DNA from: Pseudoalteromonas translucida KMM 520
GTDB taxonomy: Bacteria; Pseudomonadota; Gammaproteobacteria; Enterobacterales; Alteromonadaceae
Length of the DNA: 32,000 nt
Assembly (NCBI RefSeq): GCF_001465295.1
Contig: NZ_CP011034.1
Coordinates: forward strand, 3,270,001 to 3,302,000
Reading direction: 5' to 3'
The position numbers were made by a program, and so were the translations under genes. Below are positions 30,587 to 32,000 of the stretch, one piece after another; position 1 is the stretch's first letter; each line of letters begins with the position of its first letter. A model generated the notes under the pieces. The model was not told the DNA's origin, ran no database searches, and saw nothing but the letters and a program-made list of their open reading frames with translations.

Positions 30587-31054
30587 TTAACTCCACAAAT
30601 CGCCCGGAACTAAGTAAATACCTAGCACTTGAGTCATTAAAAACCAAAACACCACAGCAACCGGAATCGATGCAAATAATAAAATACCTTTGCGCCTTTC
30701 ACCCATTACAAAAAAGCCTGCTAACAAAAATGCACTGGTCGAAATTAAAAACCCAACCGGCTCTAACATGGCGCTATAAATCACCATTAGCACTAATAAG
30801 CTAATAGTACGCAGTACATGTGATTTTTCGAGGTTGTCATCGGTAGCTTCTTTTTCGCTTGGTTTAAGTAATGTTGTAGCAATAGCAAGTAAACACACCA
30901 CAATACCAAACGCGGCATATACTTTAGGTAGAGTTGCAGAAGTAACCGTTTCGTATTCTTCAAACGGTAAAAGTGGAATTTGCCATGCAACAACGGCGTA
31001 CAGGGTAAATAGCGCCAAGAATAAACTTGGCCCTAGTAATTCGCGATTCATCAT
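30587..31054 (-). CDS. tctB: Tripartite tricarboxylate transporter small membrane subunit TctB
   Basis: 155 aa with four hydrophobic helices. Position is between tctC and tctA. The call rests on size, topology and context. Confidence 0.75.
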   Translation of the reverse strand: MMNRELLGPSLFLALFTLYAVVAWQIPLLPFEEYETVTSATLPKVYAAFGIVVCLLAIATTLLKPSEKEATDDNLEKSHVLRTISLLVLMVIYSAMLEPVGFLISTSAFLLAGFFVMGERRKGILLFASIPVAVVFWFLMTQVLGIYLVPGDLWS

Positions 31055-31066
31055 TTTAAACCTCGA

Positions 31067-32000
31067 TTATTGCAATGTACGGATAAAGCCAAGCTCTTCC
31101 ATCACTACTTTAAGCTGCGCTTCTTGCGCTTCTAATGACTTAATAAACTGCTCTTTTTCTTGGAATAAATTTAACCAACCGTTACGTGCACGGACAACTT
31201 CCCACTCAGGAGTACTTTGTAATTTGCGCAGTTTTTTGGTGTACTCTGCCAATTTTTCCGCGGGTAAGTTGGGCGCTGCAAAAAAACCACGCCAGTTTAC
31301 AAATTCCATATCGTAACCAAGTGATTTAAGGGTAGGTATTTCTGGGTAATCGGGTAACGGCTCACCTGAGGTAACCGCTAAAATGCGTGCTTGACCACCA
31401 TTAGCTACTTCTAGTGCTTCACTTAAGCCGGTAGAAAGTAAGTTAACTTCGCCTGATAGTAATCCAGCTTTTGCTTTACCACCGGCGTCGTAAGGAATAT
31501 AACGTAAACGTCGACCATCAATACCCGCCGCTTTAACTGCTTGCGCTGCAACTAAATGATCCATACTGCCACGCGCAGAACCGCCTGCTACCTTTACTGA
31601 GCTTGGATCTTCTTTGATTGATTTAACAACATCTTGCCACGTTTTAAATGGCGAATCGTTACACACCACAAATGCGCCATAATCGGCAATCATGCTGGCA
31701 ACAGGAGTTAAATCGCGGTAGCTATAAGGAATGCGACCAGTTAATGCACGCAATACGATAGGCGTTGAGTTAACCATTAAAATATCGCCCTTTTTAGTGC
31801 CCGACTCAATTAAGTAAGCAATAGCACGACCGCCGCCGCCACCCGACATATTTTGAAAAGACGCATTATCTTCAATACCTGACTTAACTAAACCTTCGCC
31901 TACACCACGTGCTGTTGTATCCCAACCACCACCAGGGCCGCCAGGTACTAAAAAGTGAATATCGGCCATTACAAATGGGCTGCTAAGTACCAGCGATGCT
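31067..32000 (-). CDS. tctC: Tripartite tricarboxylate transporter substrate-binding protein TctC (Bug family), 5' end outside the window
   Basis: The Bug/TctC N-terminal motif FLVPGGPGGGWDTTARG is present. The track ORF starts at the Met at 31969, but the frame stays open to position 32000, reading ...ASLVLSSPFVMA|DIHF. That looks like the end of a signal peptide, so the true start lies beyond the window. Confidence 0.85.
   Translation of the reverse strand, partial: ASLVLSSPFVMADIHFLVPGGPGGGWDTTARGVGEGLVKSGIEDNASFQNMSGGGGGRAIAYLIESGTKKGDILMVNSTPIVLRALTGRIPYSYRDLTPVASMIADYGAFVVCNDSPFKTWQDVVKSIKEDPSSVKVAGGSARGSMDHLVAAQAVKAAGIDGRRLRYIPYDAGGKAKAGLLSGEVNLLSTGLSEALEVANGGQARILAVTSGEPLPDYPEIPTLKSLGYDMEFVNWRGFFAAPNLPAEKLAEYTKKLRKLQSTPEWEVVRARNGWLNLFQEKEQFIKSLEAQEAQLKVVMEELGFIRTLQ

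Noticed and set aside
30834-31316. 160-aa plus-strand ORF, the longest unexplained ORF in the track.
   Set aside because: It lies entirely antisense to tctB and tctC, which have clear family features. It has Ser/Ala/Asn-rich low-information composition typical of shadow ORFs, and no SD.

Overview
This is a low-GC (about 40% by eye) gammaproteobacterial chromosomal segment. Gene content and order look like a marine Alteromonadales-type genome, Pseudoalteromonas-like, but that is inference only. I call 26 densely packed protein-coding genes. I recognise no rRNA, tRNA, CRISPR array, transposase, integrase or phage genes. Left to right: (1) a CsgD/VpsT-like LuxR regulator and a 7-TM tripartite hybrid histidine kinase; (2) an orphan manC; (3) a nitrilase-superfamily amidase divergent from an orphan mtnB; (4) a membrane-anchored GltB-FMN-domain protein and a DUF885 lipoprotein; (5) a degenerate GGDEF protein; (6) a co-directional ubiE-ubiJ-ubiB-tatA-tatB-tatC-orf165-tatD-DGC-hemB cluster, very tightly packed from tatC onward; (7) opgG-opgH; (8) a stand-alone EF-G paralog with highly-expressed-gene codon usage; (9) a tctC-tctB-tctA operon followed on the same strand by a CitA/DcuS-type kinase and a CitB/DcuR-type regulator. 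tctC runs off the right edge of the window. My honest reading is that this is mostly ordinary core genome, and I see no convincing multi-gene novel system such as a defence island or mobile cassette. The best leads are modest. They are the uncharacterised secreted protein translationally embedded between tatC and tatD, the active diguanylate cyclase wedged between tatD and hemB, and the catalytically dead GGDEF protein. Others are the VpsT-like regulator with a non-canonical receiver, the mtnB/omega-amidase pair with possible MetJ boxes, and a repeat-bearing 280-bp spacer between two terminators. Most other ORFs in the six-frame track are antisense shadows of the real genes.
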